From: an uncultured Acidobacteriaceae bacterium
GTDB taxonomy: Bacteria > Acidobacteriota > Terriglobia > Bryobacterales > Bryobacteraceae
Direction of reading: 5' to 3'
DNA: 64,000 nucleotides
Assembly: GCA_963787575.1 (NCBI GenBank)
Contig: CAWBDN010000001.1
Coordinates: 5,267 to 69,266 of the forward strand
Below are positions 1-8,609 of the stretch, piece after piece; positions within the stretch are counted from its first letter, which is position 1, and every line of letters starts with the position of its first letter. The notes under the pieces were generated by a model, which saw only the letters and a list, made by a program, of their open reading frames with translations, ran no database searches and was not told the origin of the DNA. The position numbers and the translations under genes are program-made.

Positions 1-1283
1 TCGTTGGTACGAATCAGCTTGGACTGCCTCAATCCATCCGCCGAACCGGATCTGGCCAGTGGCTTCCGCGCTTCGGGTTTGCCTGGCAGCCGGGAGGAAA
101 TGAGCGTGTCGTAGTACGGGGCGCTTATGGCATGTTCGATGAATATCTCGATACGAATCTTACGCTGCAATGGGCAAAGGTGCCGCCGTTCGAAATCACG
201 CAAACCGTGAACAACACCGTGCCAACACCCAGCTTCAACTGGGCAAATCCTTTCCAGCGCCAGCCGCTGGTTTCCGCGAATCCGCACCCGGGACAGGCCT
301 GCCCGGGTACGAATTCAGCCCTGCTGACTTGTATGCAACCGAACGTCTTCTCGGCGCAGCTACAGCTTCAGCAGACCTACATCCAGCAATGGAATCTTGC
401 GGTGCAGACGCGATGGGTAAGAGACATGGCGTTAACGCTGGCCTATGTAGGAAACAAAACGACTCATGAACAGCTCATCTCAGTGCCGGATAATGTTCCC
501 GCTCCTGCGGCAGGGGCCATTCAGGCTCGCCGGCCATACCCTCAGTGGGGCCAGTTCTCGATAGGAGAGATGAACGGAAACGCTAACTACAACGCACTCC
601 AGGTTACGCTGGAAAAGCGCTTCTCAGCGGGATACCAGCTACTGGCGTCATACACCTTTAGCAAATGCATTGATGAAGGCAGCAACCAAAACGGGCCTTT
701 AACCGTGTCGCTGTTATCGGCGAATCGCGCGGTCTGCGATTATAACCTCCCGAATAACCTCACCGTCAGTTCTGTTTACGAACTGCCCTTTGGCCATGGA
801 AGAGCGTTCCTTGGAAATGCGAATCGTTTCGTCGACGGGATTTTAGGAGGCTGGGAGCTCGCCGGGATTTTGACGGCGCGATCCGGGTTGCCGTTCACTC
901 CTGTAATTTCCGGAGATCAAGCCAATACGGGTGTCGGCGGCCAAAGGCCCAACCTGGTGGGAGACCCCGGCTTGTCGAATCAAACCGCCCATGCCTGGTT
1001 CAATACGAATGACTTCGCTATTCCCGCGAAATATACGTATGGTGATTCAGGCCGCAATATCCTCACAGCTCAATCGCTGATTCAGTTAGATATGACGCTC
1101 GAAAAACGCTTCAGCATTCTCGAAAGCCGGCAGCTTGAATTTCGCGCCGAGGCGTTCAACTTGTTCAACAGGCCGACATTTGCAGCGCCTAATGCAACTA
1201 TCGGTTCCTCATCCGCGGGTACCGTGACCACTACACTGAACGCGAACCGAATACTCCAACTGGCGCTAAAGGTTTACTTTTGA
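1..1283 (+). CDS. TonB-dependent receptor, C-terminal part (5' end lies outside the window)
   Basis: The frame is open from nt 3 ('..RFGFAWQP..VVRGAYGMFDEY'). It shows beta-barrel style repeats, 'RAEAFNLFNRPTF' and a terminal aromatic residue ('LKVYF*'), all typical of TonB-dependent receptors. Confidence 0.85.
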   Translation, partial: VGTNQLGLPQSIRRTGSGQWLPRFGFAWQPGGNERVVVRGAYGMFDEYLDTNLTLQWAKVPPFEITQTVNNTVPTPSFNWANPFQRQPLVSANPHPGQACPGTNSALLTCMQPNVFSAQLQLQQTYIQQWNLAVQTRWVRDMALTLAYVGNKTTHEQLISVPDNVPAPAAGAIQARRPYPQWGQFSIGEMNGNANYNALQVTLEKRFSAGYQLLASYTFSKCIDEGSNQNGPLTVSLLSANRAVCDYNLPNNLTVSSVYELPFGHGRAFLGNANRFVDGILGGWELAGILTARSGLPFTPVISGDQANTGVGGQRPNLVGDPGLSNQTAHAWFNTNDFAIPAKYTYGDSGRNILTAQSLIQLDMTLEKRFSILESRQLEFRAEAFNLFNRPTFAAPNATIGSSSAGTVTTTLNANRILQLALKVYF

Positions 1284-1297
1284 GCTTTGCAAATCAT

Positions 1298-2782
1298 ATG
1301 ACTGACAATCAGTGGGACCGCCGCCAATTCCTCCGAACGGCCGCAGCCATTTCGGCGACGCCTGTGTTTCTGCAAGCAGCCGGCCCTTCCAAGAAGATGA
1401 TCGGGATTCAGATCGGCGCGGTTTCCTTTATCGATGAAGGTACCGAACAGACGCTGGATATTCTTCAGCAGCGCGGCGCAGTAAACACGCTGTTTCTCGC
1501 CGTGTTCACCTATGGCCGCGGTATCGCGGGCCGCCAGGTACCCGGACAGCCTCTCCCGGATCATGGGAAACAGGAGTACGATCTGAACTTTCACGGCGGC
1601 AACTTCGCAACTCCGCATCCGCAGTATTACAAGAATACGGTCCTGAAGGAGACGCGCGCACCGGACCACGGCAATCTGGATATTCTCGAGACGGTTTTGC
1701 CTGCAGCAAGAAAACGCGACATGAAGACGATTTGCTGGCTCGAAGATGTCTTCCGCGCAGACATCCCCAATATCGAGAAGCTTCAGGAAGTCGATCTGCA
1801 CGGCCAGAAAGCTCACACGCTCTGCTTCAACAATCCGAATTACCATAACTTTCTTACGGGCCTGGTGGAAGATTACACCCGTTCGTACGAAATCGACGGG
1901 TTGATGTGGGGTTCCGAAAGGCAGGGCGCGCTGAGTAATTCCTTAGGAGCAATGCATGGGGGGGCGCACAGCGATCCGGGCCGCGTCACTTGTTTTTGCG
2001 AGTTCTGCCAGCACAAAGCTCGAGCCCGCGGCATCAATGTTGAGCGCGCCCGCCGGGGTTTTATCGAGCTCGAGAAGTTCGTCCGGGCCGGGCGGGCTGG
2101 GAGTCGTCCTGTTGATGGTTACTATGTCACGTTCTGGCGCATCTTACTAAATTACCCTGAAATCGCTGCCTGGGAAATGTTGTGGACCGAAAGTCTCCGA
2201 GAAACTTACTCTGCTATTTATAAAACCGTCAAATCCGCAAAATCAAATGTGCCGGTTGGATGGCATATCTGGCATAACAGCTCTTTCAACCCCATCTACA
2301 GAGCCGAGCAGGATCTCCAAGTGCTCTCCGAATATTCGGATTTTCTCAAGATGGTTATGTATCACAACTGTGCCGGAGAGCGTATGGCTAGCTACATCGA
2401 CAGCGTGGGCCAGACGATTTATGGCGACACTCCGAAACAGCTTCTCCTCGAATTTGAATATAGCGCGATGAATTTCGAGGAGAGGAGCTACCCTGAAATT
2501 CCTTTTACCGGGCTATCGAGTGACTACGTGTATCGCGAAACCAAGCGCGCCATGGACGGAATAGCAGGCAAGAATACTCTCATTTGGCCCGGCATCGACA
2601 TCGATATTCCTACTGCGCAAAAGTATAGTAAGTGCACGCCGCAGGGAACGAAGGACGCTGTACTGGCTGCTTTCCGCGCTGGTGCGCCGGGCGTTATTCT
2701 CTCGCGAAAGTACTCTGAAATGAAACTCGGCAATCTCAGCGGCGCGGGAGACGCGGTCCGGAGGCTGGGTGTCGCATCATGA
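1298..2782 (+). CDS. Tat-signal secreted protein of unknown family (paralogue A), possibly a TIM-barrel/glycoside-hydrolase-like enzyme
   Basis: It has a twin-arginine motif 'DRRQFLRTAAAISA'. It lies directly downstream of the receptor; a TTG at 1280 overlaps the receptor stop, but I prefer the ATG at 1298. Function is not recognised. Confidence 0.6.
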   Translation: MTDNQWDRRQFLRTAAAISATPVFLQAAGPSKKMIGIQIGAVSFIDEGTEQTLDILQQRGAVNTLFLAVFTYGRGIAGRQVPGQPLPDHGKQEYDLNFHGGNFATPHPQYYKNTVLKETRAPDHGNLDILETVLPAARKRDMKTICWLEDVFRADIPNIEKLQEVDLHGQKAHTLCFNNPNYHNFLTGLVEDYTRSYEIDGLMWGSERQGALSNSLGAMHGGAHSDPGRVTCFCEFCQHKARARGINVERARRGFIELEKFVRAGRAGSRPVDGYYVTFWRILLNYPEIAAWEMLWTESLRETYSAIYKTVKSAKSNVPVGWHIWHNSSFNPIYRAEQDLQVLSEYSDFLKMVMYHNCAGERMASYIDSVGQTIYGDTPKQLLLEFEYSAMNFEERSYPEIPFTGLSSDYVYRETKRAMDGIAGKNTLIWPGIDIDIPTAQKYSKCTPQGTKDAVLAAFRAGAPGVILSRKYSEMKLGNLSGAGDAVRRLGVAS

Positions 2783-4279
2783 CATCGACTGAGATCGACC
2801 GGCGTACATTTCTGGCTGCGATGGGATCAGGAGCCTCGGCTTTGGGCGCTCAAGTTCAAGCGCCTTCTATAACCAAACCGATTTCCAGCCAAGTCATCGG
2901 AATCCAGATCGGCTCTATTTCATTCCTCGACGAAGGAACTGAAAAAGTCCTGGATATCCTACAGGAAAAAGCACTCGTCAATACCCTTTTTCTTGCCACT
3001 TTCACGTACGGGAACGGAATTGCCAGCCGCCAGTTGCCGGGCCATCCCCTTCCCGACCACGGAGTTCCAGAAATACGACGAACATTTCCACGGCGGCAAT
3101 TACGCAACGCCACACTTGCAGTACTACAAGAACACCGTCATTAAAGACGTAAAGGCACCTGACCATGGCAAGCTAAACATCCTCGAACTTGTCATTCCCG
3201 TAGCTAAGAAACGCGGCGTGAAAGTGTACACCTGGAGCGAAGACGTCTGGAGCCCGTCTGTTCCGAACGTCGATAAGATCCAGGAGAAAGATCTGTACGG
3301 AAGAAACGCCCGCACCGTATGCTTCAATAATCCGGACCATCACAATTTCCTGCTTGATCTCATGGAAGATTTCAGTCGCTCCTATGACATCGATGGCATT
3401 ATGTGGGGCTCAGAGCGCTATGGCGCGTTCGGCAACATGATCGAATCGGTTCACAACCGGAATGGGAACGATCCATCTCGTGTCACCTGCTTCTGCAGCT
3501 TTTGTCAGGAGAAAGCACGCAAACGAAGCATCAATGTCGAGCGCGCTTTCGAAGGTTTTCACGCGCTGGAGACCTGGGTGCGTAGCTGCCGCTCAGGCGA
3601 GCGTCCTGGCGATGGCTACTATGTCACACTCTGGCGTATTCTGTTTCGCTACCCGGAGATTCTCGCTTGGGAAACGATGTGGAACGATAGCGTTCACGAA
3701 ACCTATGAGGCTATCTATAAACTCGTAAAGTCCATTAAGCCGCAGATGCAGGTTGGCTGGCATGTCTGGCACGCGCATAGCTTCAGCCCGTTCTTCCGGG
3801 CGCAAACCGATCTGAAGGAGCTCAGTAAATACTCTGACTATCTGAAGATGACGGTGTACCACAACCTCGGTGGGACACGCATGGAAACCTACATCACCAG
3901 TACGCGGAACACTCTGTACGGCGACATGCGCATTGAAGACGTGCTGGAGTTTGAATATCACATCATGAATTACCGCGAGCGCGGTTACGAGGAACTACCG
4001 TATACCGGGTTGTCTCCCGATTATGTTTATCGCGAGACAAAACGCTGCGTTGAGGGAGTTCAGGGTACGAACACCCAGATCTGGCCTGGCATTGACGTGG
4101 ATATCTCGAACATGGACCCGAACTTCAGCCGCTGCACCCCGCCAGTCACAAAGGAAGTAACGATGGCCGCTTACAGGGGCGGCGCCCAGGGCCTCGTGAT
4201 CTCCCGCAAATATTCGGAAATGAAGCTCGCCAATCTAGCTGCCGTTGGAGATGCACTGCGTGAAATGAAGATCGCGTAG
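2779..4279 (+). pseudogene. Paralogue B of the Tat-signal protein, interrupted by a 1-nt frameshift near 3058-3066
   Basis: ORF 2779..3144 carries 'DRRTFLAAMG..IGIQIGSISFLDEGTE..GHPLPDHG'. ORF 2993..4279 carries '..FQKYDEHFHGGNYATPHLQYYKNTV..'. Joined, they align end to end with paralogue A. An ATGA start/stop overlap links it to paralogue A. Confidence 0.7.
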
Positions 4280-4380
4280 CGTCGCTCCATGAACGCTTGT
4301 CAAAGAAAATCCAGCCGGTCCGTTTGGATGGGATTGAATAGCGCCTTTGGTCCGGGTGCAGCAGGAGCCAAACTGGAAAA

Positions 4381-4800
4381 ATGACTTGGCTCACTTGGGC
4401 GCTGCTGTCGGCGGCCTTTGCGGCTGCGACGGCGATTCTGGCGAAGCTTGGGGTCGCCGGAGTGGATGCAAATTTCGCGACCGCGGTACGGACCAGCGTT
4501 GTGGTCGCGTTTACGTGGATGATCGCGTATGCGGCGCGGCAACCGGATACGTTTCGCGTTCCGTCCAACAGTACCTGGCTGTTTCTCGGGCTATCGGGAC
4601 TGGCGACCGGACTGTCCTGGCTGTGCTATTTCCGCGCGCTGCAGGTAGGGCCCGCTTCCCGTGTAGCGCCCATCGACAAGCTGAGCGTCGTACTAGTCAT
4701 TCTGTTCGGGACGTTGTTCCTGGGCGAAAGGATGACCTGGGGAAAAGCTGTAGGCGGCGCACTCATTTTCGCCGGGGCTGTGGCGGTGGCGTTCGACTAG
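4381..4800 (+). CDS. EamA-like small membrane transporter (single EamA domain)
   Basis: It is 139 aa with four hydrophobic helices. N-terminus is 'MTWLTWALLSAAFAAATAILAKLGV' and C-terminus is 'GGALIFAGAVAVAF'. Confidence 0.7.
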   Translation: MTWLTWALLSAAFAAATAILAKLGVAGVDANFATAVRTSVVVAFTWMIAYAARQPDTFRVPSNSTWLFLGLSGLATGLSWLCYFRALQVGPASRVAPIDKLSVVLVILFGTLFLGERMTWGKAVGGALIFAGAVAVAFD

Positions 4801-4912
4801 GGCGTGGGTAGACGGCGACCGCTGAACGCGATTACTGATGCTTGCAGGAGGCTGTGACGCACAATCACTATAGCTGCTAATGCAGGCTTTTCAAAATTAA
4901 GATTTCCAACAT

Positions 4913-5827
4913 ATGGTTCAGCAACAATCGGGATGCAATATTCGCAAGCGCGCGCGCCAATCGCTCGTTCCTCTGGTCACGCCGGCGCTTGTCCTGGCGA
5001 TGATTTCTTATCCAGGTTTCAGCCAAACGCGACCCATGCTCGATCCGGTCCATCCTCTGGACGGCTCGGTTCCAGCCATTGACCTTGATGGGTTCGGTGT
5101 TCCTGCCACAAACGCTCCAGCGGCTCCGGCAACGTCCGACGATGGAACTCCCGATGAAACGGAAACACCCGGGCGGGCGCGGCGCGGCATGACCCGGTGT
5201 TTGCGGGATCAAAAGGAACTTTACCGTGCCCCCTTTCAGCGGTCTAACTTGAAATGGGACGCGATTATGCTGGCAGGGACGGGAGCGCTGATAGCCACGG
5301 ACCGGCACATCGAGAGACATCTTCCAGGCGGGAACGTCGATATCTATGGAAACTTTTCGAATGTCGCTCTCGGCGGCACTGCCGGCGCTCTCGCCCTTGC
5401 CTGGGGCTATGGGATAAAGACCCACAACGAGCATCTCAAGGAGACGGGATTACTCGAGGTGGAAGCTCTGGTGAACACTTTCCTGATTTATACGCCGATG
5501 CAATTCATCGCTGGACGCCAGCGTCCCGGGGAGGGCAACGGTTATGGAGATTTCGGGCGTCACCACAACGTAGACACGTCGTTCCCCGCGGGTCATCCAA
5601 TGTTCACCATCGCCATGGCCAGCGTGGTGGCCCATGAATATCCGAAGCCTTGGGTGGAGGCGCTAGCGTATGGCGCAGCGGGGGCGGTAATGGGCGGACG
5701 CCTTCTCGGCCGCGACCACTGGAGTTCGGACGTATTCGTGGGCTCAGCGCTCGGCTACTTCATTGGCGCGCACATCTTCCATTCACATTGCAATCCAAAG
5801 TTCAGCGAGGCTTGCCGTTCCCACTAG
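4913..5827 (+). CDS. PAP2-family phosphatase
   Basis: It carries PAP2 signature blocks: 'RQRPGEG', 'SFPAGHP' and 'GRLLGRDHWSSDVFVGSALGY'. Confidence 0.8.
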   Translation: MVQQQSGCNIRKRARQSLVPLVTPALVLAMISYPGFSQTRPMLDPVHPLDGSVPAIDLDGFGVPATNAPAAPATSDDGTPDETETPGRARRGMTRCLRDQKELYRAPFQRSNLKWDAIMLAGTGALIATDRHIERHLPGGNVDIYGNFSNVALGGTAGALALAWGYGIKTHNEHLKETGLLEVEALVNTFLIYTPMQFIAGRQRPGEGNGYGDFGRHHNVDTSFPAGHPMFTIAMASVVAHEYPKPWVEALAYGAAGAVMGGRLLGRDHWSSDVFVGSALGYFIGAHIFHSHCNPKFSEACRSH

Positions 5828-5971
5828 CAGGAGACGCATGAGCGCTGACGCGAATCGCGCCAATACGCCAAGGCCGGCAATATTCACAGCGGAAAAGCCG
5901 CGTAGCGCGAGCTATAAGCTCTCAGAAAAAGCTCGCCGGAACGACCGCATTTGCGTGCTATTTTGTAGCTA

Positions 5972-6757
5972 GTGTCACCGGCCTTAAACTTCCATCTCGA
6001 ACACTACGAGGGCCCGCTGGACTTGCTGCTTGACCTGATTCGCAAGCAGCAGATCGACATTTACGACATTCCGATCTCGCAGATCACTTCGCAGTATTTG
6101 GATTATATGCAAAAGGCTCTGGAACTGGACATCGAGCTCAGCTCGGAGTTCGTTTTCATGGCCGCAAGCTTAATTCATATCAAGAGCAAGCTACTGCTGC
6201 CCAAAGATCCGGAGCTGGAAAGGATCTCGCCGGAAGAGGATCCGCGAGCGGAACTAGTGGAGCGTCTGCTCGAGCACGAGCGCTTCAAGAACGCAGCCGA
6301 GATGCTGCAGCAAAAGCGCGTGGTGGAAGAAGCGATGTGGTCGAACCCGCAGATGGAGAATTTCCTGGCGGAGGAGGAAGGGCCAGGGCTGGCGGTCACG
6401 ATTTTCGATCTGGTCAGGACATTTCAAGATGTCGTCGAACGCGCTAAGAACCGGCCCATTTACGAAATCGGCAAGGAAGATATCAGTATTCCGGACATGA
6501 TCCATTTTCTGCGTCATCAGCTCACGCGAGCGCGCCGCCAGGAAGCGCTCTCCGCGACGCAGCTTTTCGAGCGCCAGCGCAGCCGCCGCGCGATGATTTG
6601 CCTCTTTCTCGCGATTCTGGAATTGGTGAAGCGCCAGGCGGTCGAATTGACGCAAGGCGAAGCTTTCGGCGACATTGGCCTGCGACGCGGGCCGGGCTTC
6701 GATGAATCGGCCGAGAGTACGGACGACTTGGCAACCGTGGAACAGGAATATCACTGA
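5972..6757 (+). CDS. scpA: Segregation and condensation protein A
   Basis: The sequence 'YEGPLDLLLDLIRKQQIDIYDIPISQITSQYLDYM' is a classic ScpA N-terminus. It has a GTG start and is followed by scpB. Confidence 0.9.
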   Translation: MSPALNFHLEHYEGPLDLLLDLIRKQQIDIYDIPISQITSQYLDYMQKALELDIELSSEFVFMAASLIHIKSKLLLPKDPELERISPEEDPRAELVERLLEHERFKNAAEMLQQKRVVEEAMWSNPQMENFLAEEEGPGLAVTIFDLVRTFQDVVERAKNRPIYEIGKEDISIPDMIHFLRHQLTRARRQEALSATQLFERQRSRRAMICLFLAILELVKRQAVELTQGEAFGDIGLRRGPGFDESAESTDDLATVEQEYH

Positions 6758-6765
6758 CAGGAAGC

Positions 6766-7470
6766 ATGGAAGAAGTAGAAGAGGATTCGCGCCCAGACCT
6801 CCTGCTGGCCGAAGCCATATCGGAGGCGCCTGCGGTGGATTCGTCCGCCCATCTGAAGGCGATCATTGAAGCGGCAATCTATATCACGGATGAGCCTTTG
6901 ACAGCGGAACAAATTGCCTCGGCCACCGATCAGCCCCTCGACCGGGTGCAAGGCATCTTGAATCAATTAGTCGAGGAGTACTCCGCGCCCGATCGTGGAT
7001 TGTCCGTTCGCGAACTCGCCGGCGGCTACAAGATGGCTACCAAGGCGGAGCACCACGAATCGATACGGCGCTTCGTCAAGAAGCTACAGCCGCCGCTGAA
7101 ACTGTCACTCGCTGCTCTTGAGACGCTTGCCGTTATTGCTTACAAGCAGCCCATTACAGCGCCCGAGGTCTTGGAGATTCGCGGTGTGCAAGGCGCCGGC
7201 GTTTTGAAAACGCTGCTCGATCGTAAATTGATCGCCGCAGCGGGCAGGAAAAACGTACTCGGCAAGCCGATCATGTACAAAACCACGCGAGAGTTCGAAG
7301 TGCAGTTCGGTCTGAGTTCGCTCGCCGAACTGCCTACGCTCAAGGAATTCGAAGAACTGGGGCGTCTTGCTTTGAGCGATGCGGAGGAGCAGACGGCGGA
7401 GGCTCAGCCGGCCGCCGAAACGGAGCAAGCGAATGGCTCAGGAACGCCTCCAGAAGATCATCGCGAATAG
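6766..7470 (+). CDS. scpB: Segregation and condensation protein B
   Basis: It contains 'IIEAAIYITDEPLTAEQIA', 'GGYKMATK' and 'LSLAALETLAVIAYKQPITAPEVLEIRGV'. Confidence 0.9.
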   Translation: MEEVEEDSRPDLLLAEAISEAPAVDSSAHLKAIIEAAIYITDEPLTAEQIASATDQPLDRVQGILNQLVEEYSAPDRGLSVRELAGGYKMATKAEHHESIRRFVKKLQPPLKLSLAALETLAVIAYKQPITAPEVLEIRGVQGAGVLKTLLDRKLIAAAGRKNVLGKPIMYKTTREFEVQFGLSSLAELPTLKEFEELGRLALSDAEEQTAEAQPAAETEQANGSGTPPEDHRE

Positions 7471-8191
7471 CGGTGTTGCCAGCCGCCGCAAGGCCGAAGA
7501 GCTGATCAGCGCCGGTCGCGTTTCGGTGAACGGCAAAACGGTTACCGAGCTCGGCTCTAAAGCCGATTTGTCGGTCGACAAGGTAAAGGTGGACGGACGG
7601 ATTTTGAGCGCTCCCAAGAACCACCTTTACGTGGCGCTAAACAAGCCCAAGAATTGCGTGAGCACCGTTCACGATCCGGAGGGGCGCCCGACTGTGATGT
7701 CCTTCTTTAAAGGCATGCACGATCGCTTGTACCCGATCGGCCGGCTAGATTATGCGAGCGAGGGGCTGCTGCTGTTAACGAACGACGGCGAGTTTGCGAA
7801 CAAACTGATATCCCCGGCGAGCCATGTAACAAAGACTTATCTTGTCAAGGTAAACGGCGCTCTCACGCCCGAGCAGGAAGAGGAATTTCGGCGCGGCATT
7901 CCCATGCATGGCCGGCGGACCGCGCCTGCCGGGCTAAAACTGATTCGTAAGAGTGAGAATCCGTGGTATGAAGTTCGCCTTGTGGAAGGCCGGCAAAATC
8001 AGATTCGAATCATGTTCAAACATTTCGGCTGCCTCGTGGAGAAGCTAAAACGGGTGAAGATCGGGTTTCTGGATTTAGGCGCGTTGAAACCGGGCGCCTA
8101 TCGCACGCTTACAAACGCCGAGGTGTCGCATTTCAGGAAAATTTTGCGAATCGGCGATGAAGCTCCGCAAAAAGCAGCAGCCCATGAATGA
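7433..8191 (+). CDS. Pseudouridine synthase, RsuA/RluB family, with S4 domain
   Basis: The S4 domain reads 'RLQKIIANSGVASRRKAEELISAGRVSVNGK'. The catalytic block reads 'GRLDYASEGLLLLTNDG'. The ATG at 7433 is preferred over the longer ORF start at 7379, which overlaps scpB. Confidence 0.85.
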   Translation: MAQERLQKIIANSGVASRRKAEELISAGRVSVNGKTVTELGSKADLSVDKVKVDGRILSAPKNHLYVALNKPKNCVSTVHDPEGRPTVMSFFKGMHDRLYPIGRLDYASEGLLLLTNDGEFANKLISPASHVTKTYLVKVNGALTPEQEEEFRRGIPMHGRRTAPAGLKLIRKSENPWYEVRLVEGRQNQIRIMFKHFGCLVEKLKRVKIGFLDLGALKPGAYRTLTNAEVSHFRKILRIGDEAPQKAAAHE

Positions 8192-8609
8192 CGCCGAGAT
8201 GACGGAGTTGTTTCGAACCGCGAAAACGATCGCTGTCGTCGGCTTATCGAGCAATCCCGTGCGGCCCAGTTTTGGCGTATCACGGTTTCTGCAGCGGCAA
8301 GGTTATCGAGTCATTCCCGTTAATCCAAACGAGACCGAGGTTCTTGGCGAGCGCGCCTACGCATCAATCAAGGATGTACCGGAGCTAATCGATATCGTCA
8401 ATATTTTCCGACGGCCCTCTCGCGTTCGTGAAGTGGTCGAGGCTGCCCTTGAAAAAGGCGCCCGCTGCATCTGGATGCAGGAAGGTGTCGTAAACCGCGA
8501 CGCAGCGAAGAAGGCCGAAGCTGGCGGGATTCCGGTCGTCATGGACAAATGCATTCTCAAAGAATTGGCCCGGCTCCTGGGCCGTTTTACTCATACCTCA
8601 GCGCATTGA
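8184..8609 (+). CDS. CoA-binding domain protein
   Basis: It contains 'KTIAVVGLSSNPVRPSFGVSRFLQRQGYRVIPVNP'. The start is either 8184 or 8157. Its 3' end overlaps the convergent permease gene by 23 nt. Confidence 0.75.
   Translation: MNDAEMTELFRTAKTIAVVGLSSNPVRPSFGVSRFLQRQGYRVIPVNPNETEVLGERAYASIKDVPELIDIVNIFRRPSRVREVVEAALEKGARCIWMQEGVVNRDAAKKAEAGGIPVVMDKCILKELARLLGRFTHTSAH

Noticed and set aside
3050-3070. Programmed ribosomal frameshifting in paralogue B.
   Set aside because: No slippery heptamer, homopolymer or obvious downstream structure is present at the frame change. Paralogue A is encoded in a single frame. A simple indel is more parsimonious.
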